This document shows positions 1-15,054 of a stretch of DNA of 64,000 bases, in pieces; position 1 is the first letter of the stretch, and every line of letters begins with the position of its first letter. The notes under the pieces are model-generated. The model did no database searches. It was not told where the DNA came from and worked only from the letters and a program-made list of their open reading frames with translations. Source of the stretch: the human T2T-CHM13v2.0 reference genome, Homo sapiens; the NCBI RefSeq assembly GCF_009914755.1, contig NC_060928.1; one strand, written 5' to 3'. A program made the translations under genes and the position numbers.

Positions 1-3000
1 AAAGTCTTTTATTATATTTTTTAATATGTTAAGATTTGAATTTTTAAAGAAATTTCTATTTAATAATAAATGCATTTACTGGTGTATTTATTGAAGTCTT
101 AATTTAAATATATAGAAGTAAGAAATTATGAACTTGTCAATATACAATTTCCAAAGCAGTTTATATGGTTATGTTTTAAAATAAGTATATTGTGTATGTG
201 ATTATTGAAAGTTGTTCAATAAGTTAAATACTGATGGAAGGGGTGTAGATTCTGATGATTTTCTACTTATTATTTCAGTTATGGTGGTCTTTAGAAAAAA
301 TTTTCAGAGATAAACACTATTAAGTACAGCGTACGTATATTATGATGTATATTATGCGTCCTTCAAATAAAAGCAAATAGATACTATGACATTCCTTGTT
401 TTAATTTTCTTTTGGGTAAAAGTATGAGGTTCTAATTGTTTATTTCTTTGTAATTTATCAAATGCCTCTTCAAATCCCCTTTTCATTTATCTACTTGAGA
501 AAGCACATGAGCTCGTTTGGGCCAAATGAGTCAGTGGAGATGGAAACATTAATGTATTTGAGTGGGCGTGTGTTAATGCTGCTCTAAAATATGTTTTAAA
601 GGTGTGGGGATTACAGACATATTACCTCAAACACTGCTTACTCCATAATGTAAGAATGGTATACTATAATACTTAAAAATATGACAATTTTGCTTTTCTT
701 TATTATGTGAATATGTATGAATAGCTGAATTTACATTTTTTCATAATAGACTCCTGAGGTAAACACTGAACACAGTAGGTGTTCTAGAAATGATTAACCA
801 ACAAATGAATGAATATCTTGAATGTACAGTATTTTCTTAATAGTTTGAAGAACAATTTATAGTGTTTGTTTTACATTAATTCTCAGTCATAGGCTCCAAA
901 GCTAGAGTAGAAGATAGATCTTGGTGCTCAGATTTGTTTATTTGATTACTATTATATATATGAATGGATTTGGGGAAATGTTTGGGGGAAGAAAAAAATT
1001 ATATGTTAAATTAACAATGAAATTAATTTCTGCTTGTTATTCCTGTTTCTCATTTGGCATATATCACAAATAGTAGAATTGGTAGATATTATTAATTTTG
1101 GTCTTCTTTTTAAAGTATTTATTGCAATATTAAGAATATTTAATAATCAAGTGAGAGAAGAGTGATTGGAGAAGCTTGAAAAAGAATGGGCAAAACGATA
1201 CAAAATAGTTCAAATTACAAGTGCTGTCTTGGTTAGAAATGGTTTGAAATATCAAATGAGGTCTGCTTTAGAAAAATCCTAGAAAAGAACTATAAAGAGA
1301 TGTAGGTCTTATTCCAGATTTCATATCTGTTGAGTATCCGCTTTCAGCATGCGATTGACATGGAACAACTGTTACTAATTTTTACACTTTTATTGTAGTA
1401 GAGCATGCATATCTAAATAAGCTACTGCTATTTTGGCAGGAACTGTACATTTTCAAGTAAAATGTGGATTGACATCAAAATATGGTTATGGTAATGGCTT
1501 TTCAGAGATTGGGGCACTTCGAACTATAAATATAACTAGTTGTTCTCTAGCCGTTATTGCTTAAAAGCCTTTGGATGTAAAATTATGCATATAATAAATT
1601 GTAAATTTATTTGTCCCAGATGCAGATTTCCTTGCTAATACATCTAATTCTCTTGGAGAGTCATTGTTATTCATACATAATGGAGAGCCTAATACAATAC
1701 CATGAAGATTGGGCATTGGAGCACCTGTTGCTGAGTGTGGAATATAGGAAGGGACATATTCATAAATCAAGTAATGAAAACAGTCCTTTCCTGAGATCAC
1801 TGTATAAGTTCTATTCAAGGAGATTCTAGTGGTGAATGCCCTAAAAACTAGTTTGTGTCTACTGCATTACTGCTTATTCAGTCCACATCCTATGTCTTCT
1901 TTTCTAGAGAAGTTGAAAACCATGCCTTCCTCAGAATCATACTAACAATTACAGAAATAGTTTATTTTGGTTCAAAGCTAATATCAGAAATTTATTCTTT
2001 GTATCAAAAAATAATTTTCAACATCTAGTAAAAGTAGCTTTTCCCATAGTAGGCTTTGTTAGTAATAATAAATCTTACATGAGCCATTTAAGAGGCACAT
2101 TTAATTAGACACATGATCATCAGACTAAAGAATGATCATATTATTTAAAGGATAACCCTCACTGTGCTCAGCTAAAAGGAGGTCCTGCAAAGGAGTGATG
2201 GACAAATTCCTTGTCAACTCTTCCAGACAGGCTCTCATTCATATACAAGACCTATATCAATGGCGTATTACCCTGAGAGGCTGCCTCTCAGGCCACCACT
2301 TACTGGGAGTTTGTGGATGAGGATACACTTTAATCAGAGACGTAAAGTTACCAATCTTCATAGATGAGTTGGAACTCAAATGAAGGTTTCACCTGTCTCC
2401 CAAAACATGCTCAAAAGCGTTATTGTTAACATTGTTTAAAACTGGACTCAAGAGGTAAATGTTTTTAAGACATTTCTACCTCTCTGGAAAAAATGTTGAC
2501 TTTTTTTTCAAAACTTTAATACATACTATTTTGTTAGGTAAGTATTTAAAATAGATATCTTAAAGTATAATAAAATATATATATATATATAAGTAGATAT
2601 CTCATTTTTCAGGATTCAGAAAGTTTTAAATCTCTTAGCTTACATTTATTGTAAGGACCATGGGTATGGAATATGACTGAAGACCAAAAGTTTGGTCTCA
2701 AAATAATTCTAGCTCAATTTTAAAATCAGAAGTTATGGAAGGTTTTGGGGTAAGCCCGAGAATCTCTGGGCACCTGTCCAAAATGAACCTCTAAGTCTTT
2801 TGAAGTCTACCCATCACTAATATACACAGCACAGTCTAATCCAGCTGTCTGCCCCTTTTCCTGTTTCCCTTTCTCTTTTTTCAGTCTGTCCTGAGGTACC
2901 AATAGCTACATACTGTGGGAGATGTTTAGTAGAATGAATATTGCCTCTTGGAAGTGTTCCCACACAGTGAAGCTAGGGTTTTGTTTGGGGGAGGTGGTGG

Positions 3001-4166
3001 GGAGAACAGGTAATACTTCAGTCATTTGTCTTTCTGGTTGACATGCATTTACACCATAATAATTCCTACCTACCTTTAAAATTACAAACTATTTATCTAT
3101 CAGTAATAACAATAATATCTTTGCAGATTTGTTTTCTGTTTCAACAAAAGATCATACAATTTTAAAGAGCAGTACTGATTCACAGATGAAAGTAAACAAA
3201 ATATAATTTTAGAAAATCAAATTAATGAACACCTTTTGATACTATAAGACTTTATATTATATACTATTAAAGTTTTTGAGTGGGTTAAGTCAGTGGAATT
3301 TTTAATTAATTAATTTTTTTACATTTTACAGTTGACTGGTTAATGACATTATAATTTAATACGTATTTATTTTAGATTTTTAAAAAATATTTTTTGGTTC
3401 GGGATGGATTTTTAGATAAAGATAGAAAAAAATAACATTAAAGCAAAGTAAAATCTAAGCATAGTTTCTAAGAAATCTTTGTAAAATACACATTGAAAAC
3501 TTCAGATTGTAGTTAGAAAATATTTCTACTAACCAAGATACTTAAAATAGCATGTGTTTTTAGAATCTCTCCTTTCTTGGTCATTTTCTACTGTTCATAA
3601 TTGGATATTCATTTATAAAAATTCATTCTATTGAAGTCTTTCTAAAAAGGAAATTCTTCAAATATTTCTAAGCATGTCTTCCAAAAACAGTAGCAGAGTC
3701 AATTTAGAGAATTTTATGTTGTTACCACAGAACCCCACACAAGTTAACCAAAAACACAGGGCAAGAGCAAAGAAGCCAGTTCCTTCATTGCTCTGATCTA
3801 TGTAATAGAGATTCATTTTATATAAATAAAAGACTGGCACATTGCAGGTCAGAGAAACTATGACTCTGAAAAAGACCGCATGTTCAGGTAAAGAAAACAA
3901 TGGAGATTTTCCTTTTTTTCACTACTCACCATGCCCTTCTTGTTTTTCTCTTCTTCTTTGTGGTTAAAATCATGAAAGCATTGAGCAAGTCTTGTGTGTA
4001 GATTACTGTAGCAAAAAGTGTGAAAGGCTGTTGATAGAAAAAAGGGATAGTCACAATCTTAAAAATAAACAGACCAGCCAAACACACAAAAGTCAGCACC
4101 ATTTGGAAATCTAAGTTCTTATATGAGCCCTGCCCTATGAAATTAGGCACATTACTAAACATTTCA

Positions 4167-4223
4167 CATCTATATCTATCTATCTTCTATTCCTTTCTCT
4201 CTCTCTCTCTGTCTCTCTCTCTC
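4167..4223. repeat. (CTAT)n plus (CT)n simple repeat
   Basis: ctatatctatctatc followed by ctctctctctctctgtctctctctctc. Confidence 0.85.
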
Positions 4224-4224
4224 A

Positions 4225-4305
4225 TAAAATAGTAATAGAATAGTAACCCAATTACCTTTTGGGCTTGTTGGGAGGATGAGATCGGAAAATGTCTGATAAA
4301 GAACA
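4225..4305 (+). mobile_element. MIR fragment
   Basis: Resembles the MIR core/3' part (aatagtaacc...ttgttgggaggatgagat...gataaag). Confidence 0.5.
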
Positions 4306-4329
4306 TAAAATTTATGTTTCATTGACAAT

Positions 4330-6060
4330 TCCAATAGGGGTTTGTAGGGAGATTACAAGCAAATTCTAAAATTTTTATGGAGGAAAAAGGACAAAGAATA
4401 ACCGAAACAACTTTCTGAAGATGAAGAATAAGGAAGCATTAGTGACTTTAGGTTATAGTAATCAAGGTTAAGTGTTACAGAAATAGAGGTAGACAAATAG
4501 ACTAGAATGGAGACTCCTGATAAAGAATTCTTCATAAATGAAAACTGGAACAGATACATGGGTGTGTTGGGAAACTACTCAACAAATGATACTAGGACAG
4601 TAGTTTAGACACATGGAAAAAAATCCACATACAATCCTAGATAAATAAAATATCTTGGTGTGAAAACCAAAAGTTTAAAGTGTTCAGAGTAAATATAAGA
4701 GAAAATATAATATCAGAATATGAGGGCAGAAGAACATTTCTTTCTTTTCTTTCTTGCTTTCTTTCTTTTTTTTTGAGATAGGGTCTTGCTCTGTCACCCA
4801 GGCTAGAGTACAGTGACGTTTGAGTATGCCTCACTATAATCTCAAACTCCTGAACTCAAGCGATCCTCCTGCCTCAGCCTCTCAAGTAGCTGGGACTGTG
4901 GGAAAGTGCCACTGTGCCCAGCTAATTAATTTTTTATTTTTTTTGAGAGAGAGAGGGTTTGCTATGTTGCACAGCCTGGTCTCAAACTCCTGGCCTCAAA
5001 CTCCTGGCCTCAAGTGATCCTCATGCCTCGGCCTCCCTGGCCCTGCATCTGGCTCTTAGAAGAGCATTTCTTAAAACCAAAAAAACCCACACATCATGAA
5101 GAAAAACACTGAGATATTTAATTATTTCAAAATAATAAAAATCTCTGTATATAAAAAAGTTATATAAAAATAGGAAAATATAAAGTAAAACTATCCCAGA
5201 TATTTGGGATGCATATAAGTGATAAAGAATTAATGTACAACAAATGAAGGATTTCTACAGATTGAGAAGAAAAGGATATATGAACCAATAAAATAGGTAA
5301 AGGATATGAACAGGGACTTCACAGAAGAGGCAAACTAATATAGCAAGTAAACAGATCAAGAGATGCTTAGAACCATGAAATTTATATTAAGCAATGATAA
5401 GATATTATTTTACATCTATTGGGTTGGCAGAAATTGAAAGTCTGGAAAATATCAAGTGTTGCTGAGTATGTGGAGCAGTGGGAACTTTCATGCACTGCTT
5501 GTGTGAATATAATTTGGTGCAATAACCTTAGGGAATATTTTAGCATTCTAGTAAATTGTAGAAGGCACATATTCTAAGTCACATTCCAGGAAAGGTTAGA
5601 AAATGGAGATGATGATTAGTGGATAAAAGAAATACTCTATCCTGGCTGTTCTATACAAGGCAATAAAGAAAGATACTAAATGAAGTAGAGGCATATGTAT
5701 CAACAGGTATACATCTAGAAAACCCAATGATAAGTGAAAATGTAAGATGCATAATCATACAGAGAATGATATCATTTACAAAATTTAAAACATACTGTAT
5801 ACTGTTTTTAGATAAATATATACTTAGTAAAACATATACATGTGAAATATACATGCCAATTTCAGGATATTGGTCAAGTCTGTAGAGGGAAGAAAAGAGA
5901 AATGTGGCCTGGGGTGGGTTCAAAGGGGATTCGACTCTACTTGTAATATTTCCTCTTTTAAAAATGAAAACACAGCAACATGTTAAGAGTTCGTGAAGCT
6001 CATCATATTCTATGCATTTTTTGTTTGCTTGAAATATTTAAATTTTCAAAAATTTTTTAG
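4330..6060 (+). mobile_element. Old L1M (L1MC/ME-like) ORF2 3' part and 3'UTR, interrupted by an Alu
   Basis: A-rich, L1-typical tracts: attctaaaatttttatgga, gtagacaaatagactagaatggag, ggacttcacagaagagg, gtggagcagtgggaactttcatgcactgct, aataaagaaagatactaaatgaagtagagg. Confidence 0.85.
4743..5055 (-). mobile_element. AluJ-type element with TSD
   Basis: T-rich tail then gagatagggtcttgctctgtcacccaggctagag. TSD AGAAGA(A/G)CATTTCTT at 4728-4742 and 5058-5072. Internal 14-bp tandem duplication at 4981-5008 and a deletion near the 5' end. Confidence 0.95.
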
Positions 6061-6144
6061 TCAACCATTAGATTTTCATGTTTATTAAAAATTACTAAAC
6101 ATTAAATTTTGTAAACTTGTAATCAAATGGATTATGCAGTATTA

Positions 6145-6555
6145 AGAAGTTGAGGTTATTAAAATTTAGAGGCTGAGAGGAGCAGCCCAGCAGAGGTGGA
6201 ATCAGACCCCCAGGAAGGGGACCCTGGACGACTGGAGTGATGTTTCTGAGGGGGAATCATGAGGCTGGAATGGGAATATGAGAACCACAAATGGGAGTCG
6301 CTTGCTACTACTGGAATAAACAGCCACTACCAGGTTGAAGCAACATTTCTGAGGTCATCCTAGAGAAACAGGAAGGACCCAGTGCCTTCTCCTGTCTTTC
6401 AGCCTCCCTCTGGTGCCCCCTAACGTCAGAGCATAACAGGGAGCAGCTGGCAAAGCAGAAATAAGTCTTAAGAGTTTTCAGAATCACACCCTAGAATCAC
6501 AAAACAGAGTAGAGAGCATGGTTTTAAAGCTGAGTACCTTAGTAACTTAGTATAT
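6145..6555. mobile_element. Ancient LTR (LTR78/LTR79-like), partial
   Basis: Motifs cagctggcaaagcagaaat...ccctagaatcacaaaacagagtagagag...aagctgag are shared with the copy at ~49990-50560. Family named from memory of the consensus. Confidence 0.6.
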
Positions 6556-7379
6556 TTCTCAGTCACTTCACAGAACCTCCTGTCTATCCCAACCTCCAGA
6601 ATATCACTTCATAATGGTAAAGAATAGAGGATGCTTGTTCTTCCACGAGCCATCTAATATGGTTCTGCAAGAAGTCAGCATTCTTCTAGCCTCTTCCTGC
6701 TGCTTCCTTGCAGGCAATTTCACTTCTACCCCATGTAAGCGCGTGTTTATTAATAAACCCTTTATTTTATTTTGTTTAGGTCTTCCACACATTTCATTCC
6801 CCACCCCACAAAAACTTTGGCAAGTAACTCAGCCTTTCTCTGTACTTCAACCCCTGCCATGATCTGGAGGGATAACAGTGTCTATGTGAAAGCCCATGAG
6901 AGACCCAGCTTCTCAGCTCCTCCATCTCGTGGACTCCAACTCCTCCAATCCAGCTTCACAAAAGCAACCCAGCTCTGTGGTCTCACGTTTGATTTTGTGA
7001 TTCCTGAACACCCTCCTATTGTCAAATATTCATTACATGTTCTCTGCTTTTTTAGAATAACTACATGATCTTTTATCTCTCGCAGACTCTTTCTTCTATT
7101 TAGCTTGTTTTCTTACTCCATGAAATCACTACTGTCTTCCTCTAACTCTTCACTTTTCTCCATGTCTACCTATGCTTCTCTGGGTTTACTATTTTCCTTA
7201 CTTGCCTTAGACCATAAGAACAGCACTTTAATGATATTGTTATAGTTACCTTTGCTTCCTCTCCTCTGCCTTACTCTCTCATTATAGATGTAGATCAGCA
7301 CTCCTGGATTTTTAGTGAAGAGATCTAGATTCTTTGCTCCCGCACCAGGAAGGCTGCTGGGCCACTCCAGATTCTACCT

Positions 7380-8640
<1,261 letters not shown>

Positions 8641-8643
8641 TCT

Positions 8644-8907
8644 GGAGGCATCGTGTTTAACAATGAGAACATGGGCTTTGGTGATATCCATACATGGGCT
8701 TTAAACCTGGCTGTACCCTGATATAGCTGTGTAAGTAATCTTGATGAGCCTTGACAATGTGATGATAATATAAATCTCACAGATTTAATAGGTGGGATTA
8801 CTTGCAATAAATGATAAAAGAGTAAATGAGATAAAATGAGATGAAATATCCTGTCCAGTGCCAGGCAACATGGTAGACATTCAATCAGTGGTTGCTATCA
8901 TTATTAT
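8644..8907 (+). mobile_element. MIR
   Basis: gagaacatgggctttgg...acatgggctttaaacctggct...cagtgccaggcaacatggtagacattcaat...attatt. Confidence 0.75.
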
Positions 8908-9451
8908 GCCTGTAAATATTAATGTTAAGAATGATACTAGTAATAGTAATATTCCAGGTACTCTAATGCAAAATTAGATACTTTGCCTTATAGATCCCAA
9001 ATAGAGCTATGTAGGACATATTCATTTTGTACGTCGCTCTTCACCATAAGACTGTGAACTCCTTTGAAACAGTGACCTCATTGTTATGAATTAGTTTGAA
9101 TATGCCCAACTTCATTGCTAAGAGGACTTGAAACACTTTATAAAAAGAGATTTATAACAATAAAGTGTATAGGTATTAAAATTGTAACAAAAGGAAAATA
9201 TGGATAAAAACCGAGAGTAAGTGAATTCATAAAAATTTGTGCCATGTAGTCTTGTGCAGTTTCTAGGATAGATAAATGATTTGCCTTTGAGCTTCCTAGT
9301 GGCCAAGACAAAGTGGGAAACAAAACTTACAGCATCTACAAGGTAAAAATCAACCAACTACTAAGGATAAGCATAACTCTTCCTGGAACTGTGTCTTTTG
9401 AGAGACTTATTAGATGCATTAATCACAAAGTGACACTATGGTGTACTTTGA

Positions 9452-9615
9452 AGACTTGCTACTCAAATTATGGTTCTTGGACCAATTTCACTTGGGAGCT
9501 TGTTAGACATGTGGAATCTCAGCCTTCACCCAAACCTACTAAAGTCAAATCCACATTTGAACAATATCCCCAGGTGATTTGTATGCACATTAAATTTTGA
9601 GAAAAGCTTCTGTAG
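9452..9615. mobile_element. MER5A/B (hAT-Charlie)
   Basis: cacttgggagcttgttagacatgtggaatctcag...ccccaggtgatttgtatgcacattaaattttgagaa. Confidence 0.85.
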
Positions 9616-11230
9616 AGGACGATGTTTGCAATAATTTCACTCAAATACATTTGTGAGCTTTATATGATGGTTTCTTTATATGTTTAAGTTTTGGATTTTA
9701 AATTCCAAATATACAAAAAAGTATTATAGAAAATACAATTCAGTTTCCAGATTTAACATATTTTTAATATTATTCCAAGTATTTTTAACAGTATTCCAAG
9801 TATGTTTCAAATCTCTCCTTTAATAAAGAAATAAAACATAGACACAGTTATATATTTTCTCCTGTCACCGTCTCTTGCCTCCCTTCTTGGAGGTAATTAT
9901 TCTTGTATGACTGGGGAGCATTGTTCCCACATAGGTTTTTTTTAGTTTTACCACTTATGGATATATTCATAGAATACCATTATTTAAGTAATTGTTTCTA
10001 ATGAAGATTTTCAACCTTCAGTGAAAATCTAGGGCAGAACAGGAAAAGATACCTCAGGTACAGCAATTAATACAAAGCATGGAATCTGTGTGAGAAACAT
10101 GCTCATATTTCATATGGTTTGGCTTAATCCAAGGAAAGAATTTAGATATTAGAACTATAAGAATGGGTGAAAAAAATGGGTTTGCATTATATTGCTCTGG
10201 TAATGCTCCACAATTAGAACTGAACATGGGAGAATTCAGTTTTATATTTAGTGGTTGCAATAATGGAGCAAAATGACAGTACTAATGTGTCAGTATTAAA
10301 TTCCAATGCTTTTGTTCCCCTTTTCTTTTTTAAGGAAGAGATGATTATCGTTTTTATATACTTTTTCTTTAGATGCTGCTCCAGTTGAGAGAGACAGAGA
10401 AAATGCCAGGTCTGAGAGCCCACTGAGCTGGAGGAAAAGGTTCTGGATAAAATATATTATCCTAGGGAAAAGAGGCAAAGGCCTAAGAGAAGGAATTGGT
10501 CCTGGAAGAAATAAGGGCAAAGAGAGAGAAAGGAAACCAGATCAAGGGACGGGCAGGAAATTGGGCCTGCTAATGACCCACTCACTTTGTCCTCTACTTA
10601 CGTCCTTTAGTTTCCCTTTCCTATTATTCTCCTCTTCTCCTGAAAAATTTCACTCCCTTCCTCCAATTCTACAATGACTCCATCAGGACCTTTGGGAAGT
10701 TCATAGGTGCCCAAACTGGTTTTGGAGAAAATACAAATAACTAATAAACATAGAAAACAAGTTCAAATTTACTAGCAAGTTAAGAAAAAATAATTAAAAT
10801 GGCAATAAAACTCTTGGAATGGTCTCAAACCTACAGGGAAGTGGTTGGAATCCTTTTTAAATGAGTGGAACTTTGTTAGACTCTAAGGAGATTTTATTCT
10901 CTAGGTATATCTTAAGCAAAAATTATTCTGATTTGGGGCAATTTTTAAATACCAAAAGTAACACTCCTGCACACACACACACACGCACACAAAATCAGCA
11001 TTTTGGCAGGCACTGAAAAACAGCAGAATCCCAGACTTCTGAAAATTGATGATGAAATCACTAGTTATATTCTCCAGTAAGAACCTGGAATGCTGATATT
11101 TATAGTACATGCAAAGGCAGAGTCGTTTCTACAGAGGGCATATATTCAGGATTTCAAAAGCATCATGAAAATTGTACATTTACTCATTATAAAATTGTAC
11201 AGGGGAACAAAAATGTAAATATTAAAATTT

Positions 11231-11525
11231 GATGTGGTGGCTCACGCCTTAATCCCAGCACTTTGGGACGCCAAAGCGGGCAGATCGCCTGAGGTCAGGA
11301 GTTCGAGACCAGCCTGACCAACATGGTGAAACCCAGTCTCTAAAAATACAAAATTACCTGGGCGTGGTGGTGCCTGTAATCCCAGCTACTTGGGAGGCTG
11401 AGGCAAGAGAATTGCTTGAACCCGGGAGGCGGAGTTTGCAGTGAGCCAAGATTGCACCATTTCACTCCAGTCTGGGCAACAAGAGTGAAACTCCGTCTCC
11501 GTCTCAAAAACAAAAACAAAAAAAA
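11231..11525 (+). mobile_element. AluS (Sq/Sp-like), near full length
   Basis: gtggtggctcacgcc...cctgaggtcaggagttcgagaccagcctgaccaacatgg...gggcaacaagagtgaaactccgtctc with an (A5C)n tail. Confidence 0.97.
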
Positions 11526-13214
11526 GTGGCTGGTATAATTTATATTGTGCACATTATGTGTTATCTTCTGCTAATCTTTATCTGCAAGGTTTTGCTAATC
11601 AAGTCTGTCTTGCTGTGGAAGGCAATATAGGAATTTGGTGGTGATAATGATAAGAGAGTGGTCCATCAGATATCTTAGGTAGAAAAATGCTTTGGGCCTC
11701 TAGACTAGATGTTTGCTAGGATCCTGCTTCGCTTGAATATTCCGCATGTATTTCTCAAGGAGAACATTTGATAGAGTTGCCCACATTCTTGTCTATAAAT
11801 GCTTCCCTACATGTAGTCATAGTGAGATGTTACCCAAGGGATACTTGTGTCAAGGTGGAAGCTGAAATAAACTGACCTGTGAGATTTTATTATTATTCTT
11901 AATTTTTATTACTTTGTTTTTCAGAGTTTATTTTTCACATGTTTTTGCTTTTCAGAGTCGTTATTTTTGACAGTCTTTATTTTGGGTTATTTCTATTTAC
12001 CCAAGGGTAAAGGTTAGGCATTTCAGGGTTTTGCTACATTCTCTTCATCTCCCTCTTTTTAACCAATATTCTGCAGGCCCTTCCTAAAAAAATGAAAGTA
12101 AATACTGTAAGGGAAATAAAACGTAGAAAATATTTAGGATTTTTATGCTGTGGAAATGATGCTAACTTTCTCACTTGAAATATATTTCTTAAGGAGAGAG
12201 GACTATTTCCACATGGATCCCAAGAGGATCCCTTCTAGTCCATTTGGTAGAGTGTACTCCTTTTTGATGTAATGTCTATGTGATATAGAAAAGTCACAAC
12301 TTGTCCTAAGCTGCATTTAGGCTTTAAATCTCTCTTTAAAAGCTGTTTATTTTTTATTAAGCCTCTTCTTTTTAACTCAGGTGGTGTATTTATGTTTAGA
12401 AATGTATAACTTTGGCTTGCTTGGCTATTTTCCCCTCATGCAGATTTTATGCTGGTAAATGTGCACTGAAGGACATTTGTATAATTACTTGTTTAATCTG
12501 GAAGCTCAGTGCACTTTGTATGCTGCACAGCACAGTCCCAAGCTCAGGTATTAATAGTGTTTTTTGATGAGCTGATGAGGTTGATATTGATGGCAATGAA
12601 ATGAAGATGAGAATAAAATTAGTATAGTGAGGTTTAGGAACAGAGCAGAAGTATGTTTTCGTCCTTACATAGAGAATTTTGCTGGAAAAGATAAGTCTCA
12701 TGCTTGTGCAGAAATAGAATATGTCTATGGCATTCATAGCTATAAATATACTCATGGCTACTTGCTTGTTGACTTAAAGCAGGCATAGATTTGATTCTAG
12801 ATGCTACTTTTCTAGTTATTTGCTTTTATAAGACACAAGAGAAAATAATATTTCTGTATTATTTAGTAGGTTAAACATGAAATAATTCTTATAATTTATA
12901 GTTTACAGGAAACCACTAGAGATTATTTAGCTCTGTTTTTAGATGGACCACTGTTATACTGTTCTGAACAGAAGACAATATATTTTGTTTTAAAAAATGT
13001 ACCATGAATGTTACTTTCAGCCATTTCAGGATACAAATAGTACCAAATAATGCCCTTGATTCTAGTGTTCAAATTGGCATACAATTTACTATAAATATTT
13101 ATGTAGTTCTTAAAGTATTTTAATGTTACTCTTTTCCCCTAAAAGAGTACAATGAAAACCTTTAGTTGTCACTGCTATTTATGAGTAGTTAATATGCTTT
13201 GAGACTTTTTTCTT

Positions 13215-13360
13215 TAAGTTCTTACAGCAACCCGTGAGGTAGGTGTTTTATCTCTTTGTTTCTAGATGAGGAAATCAAGTTATAGAGAGCTTAAGCAACT
13301 TTCCTCAGCTCAGTGGTTTTAAGTGCTGGGAGACAAAAGAATGCTCTTAATCATGACTCT
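13215..13360 (-). mobile_element. MIR fragment
   Basis: cttacagcaacccgtgaggtaggtg...agatgaggaaatcaagtt...ttaagcaactttcc. Confidence 0.8.
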
Positions 13361-13624
13361 TTTCCATGGTAGAACATTAGTTTCACAAGATTTTAGTAGC
13401 GTTACTTGAAACAAAAGTCTTCTAGTCAAATAAGTGTTTAAAACAAAACTAGGTAAGTGAAATGATAACAGGTTTGTTAATTATTCCAAAGAGCATTATA
13501 GCTATGATATCATGATATTTATAGTGGGACACTGAGGTGACTATAGTTGGCCAAAATTTGCAAAATTAACTTTATTGCTCAAAGATGAATTCATTAGCCT
13601 TTCTTGGACACTACCTCATTGAAA

Positions 13625-14345
13625 TTACTCTCCTTTAAGTATTAATGATAGTCGAGTATCTACTCTGTGCTGGGTACTATGCTAGGCACGTTAACAGCTT
13701 TAATTTTCAGAGCATTGTTACCTATAAGCTTTCTGAAGGCAGGAACTATGTCTGTCTTATTCACAACTATGTGCCCTGAGTTAATAGTGGGACAAATCAT
13801 TATTATAATATTTTAATGGATGGGAAAACTGAGGCCAAGAAGTTTCAGTTGCTTACTGATGTTATAGACAAGTAAGAAATAAAGTGGAGATTTAATTCCA
13901 ATTCATCTGACTTAAGACTAGTAGTCTAGGCAGGATTCTAGATCCCTTAGAATGGTCTATGAGGCCTTTTATGATGCCTGCCTGCTCCTCTAGTGGGGCT
14001 TCTTTCTATGCGTCCATAGAAATGGAAATGGAAATGCTGTGCCCTGTTTCTGGAATTTTCTTTTTCACTTTTTGCCTTTGAAACATTGCTAATGCATTGT
14101 CTTCTATGTAAAGACTTCTCTAACCCCTATTCATATCTCCATCCCTGACAGTATTAATCAAATCCTTCTTTGTGCTACTTCTGAATTGCAGATATAATAT
14201 TATATTGTAATTTTTATTTCTATTCTTACTTCCTACAAGTCAATGAGTTACTTTAGGTCAAGGGCCATGCTTTCTTTCTTTTGTTCTGCATGGTCTAGGT
14301 GAGGGGCTAGATATTATGTGTCTCATACATTTGGAATGAGTGAAC
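13625..14345. mobile_element. Cluster of L2 and MIR fragments
   Basis: gagtatctactctgtgctggg; gaaggcaggaactatgtctgtcttattcac; gatgggaaaactgaggccaag (MIR, minus strand); L2 3' end ggaatgagtgaa at ~14340. Confidence 0.65.
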
Positions 14346-14679
14346 AAAGGGGTGTCATCTATTACTTAAATATCCTGGGTCTCAAGTAAGCATTTGGCAA
14401 CTGATGGATGGCAATCAATTCTTGGTTGAATTCTCTAATGGACATTTGAAGAGATGGCTCTTCCACGTTGGTGATTAAAGATGGGTTTGTGTATTTTAGA
14501 TTCCACAGGGTCAAAAGGTAGTTAACATTCTGTTGTGAAATTCTTAGAGCCTGGCTTGAGAAATCAACCCAGACAGAGAACAGTCCACCGTGGTACTTGC
14601 TTTCTCATATAATGGGAGCTAGGTTTATAAGAAATGTTTCAAGCCAAAAAAAGAAAGAAAAAACAAAAAACAAAACAGA

Positions 14680-14800
14680 ATTTGAAGATCTCTTAAAGCC
14701 TAGCATTGGAAGTTACTATATGCTTCTGCCACATTCTATTCTCAAAATGAGTCATAGAGTCAGCCATATGCAATGTGGAAGGGGTTTACACTCTTATATG
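14680..14800 (-). mobile_element. MLT1 (MaLR) LTR fragment
   Basis: ctcttaaagcctagcattggaa...cttctgccacattctatt...gtcatagagtcagcc. Confidence 0.75.
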
Positions 14801-15025
14801 GTTTTTTGAGGGGTCCCTCTTCCACTTTGAGGGAATACCTGCTATTGAGTCACTTAGAATTCATTCGTGTACACCACGTAGCCATGTGATCTTTTCATAG
14901 GAGAATTTAGCATAGGCTTGCTTCCTGAGACAACATTGAGTACTTGGTTTATTGTTATGATCATTATAGCTCTGGTTCTCTTAGAGTAGTGGAGCAGGCA
15001 AAAGATTAATATAGGTTAATAAAAA

Positions 15026-15054
15026 TGTGTGTGTGTGTGTGTGTGTGTGTGTGT
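15026..15054. repeat. (TG)14 microsatellite
   Basis: Direct read. Confidence 0.97.

Noticed and set aside
60-380. AATAAA signals at 65 and 367 as a gene 3' end
   Set aside because: The hexamer is frequent in such AT-rich DNA, and there is no clear downstream element or upstream exon in the window.
10373-10680. Acceptor-like ctttttctttag followed by a long open frame (DAAPVERDRENARSESP...)
   Set aside because: No good donor site, low-complexity purine then pyrimidine composition, and no recognisable protein.
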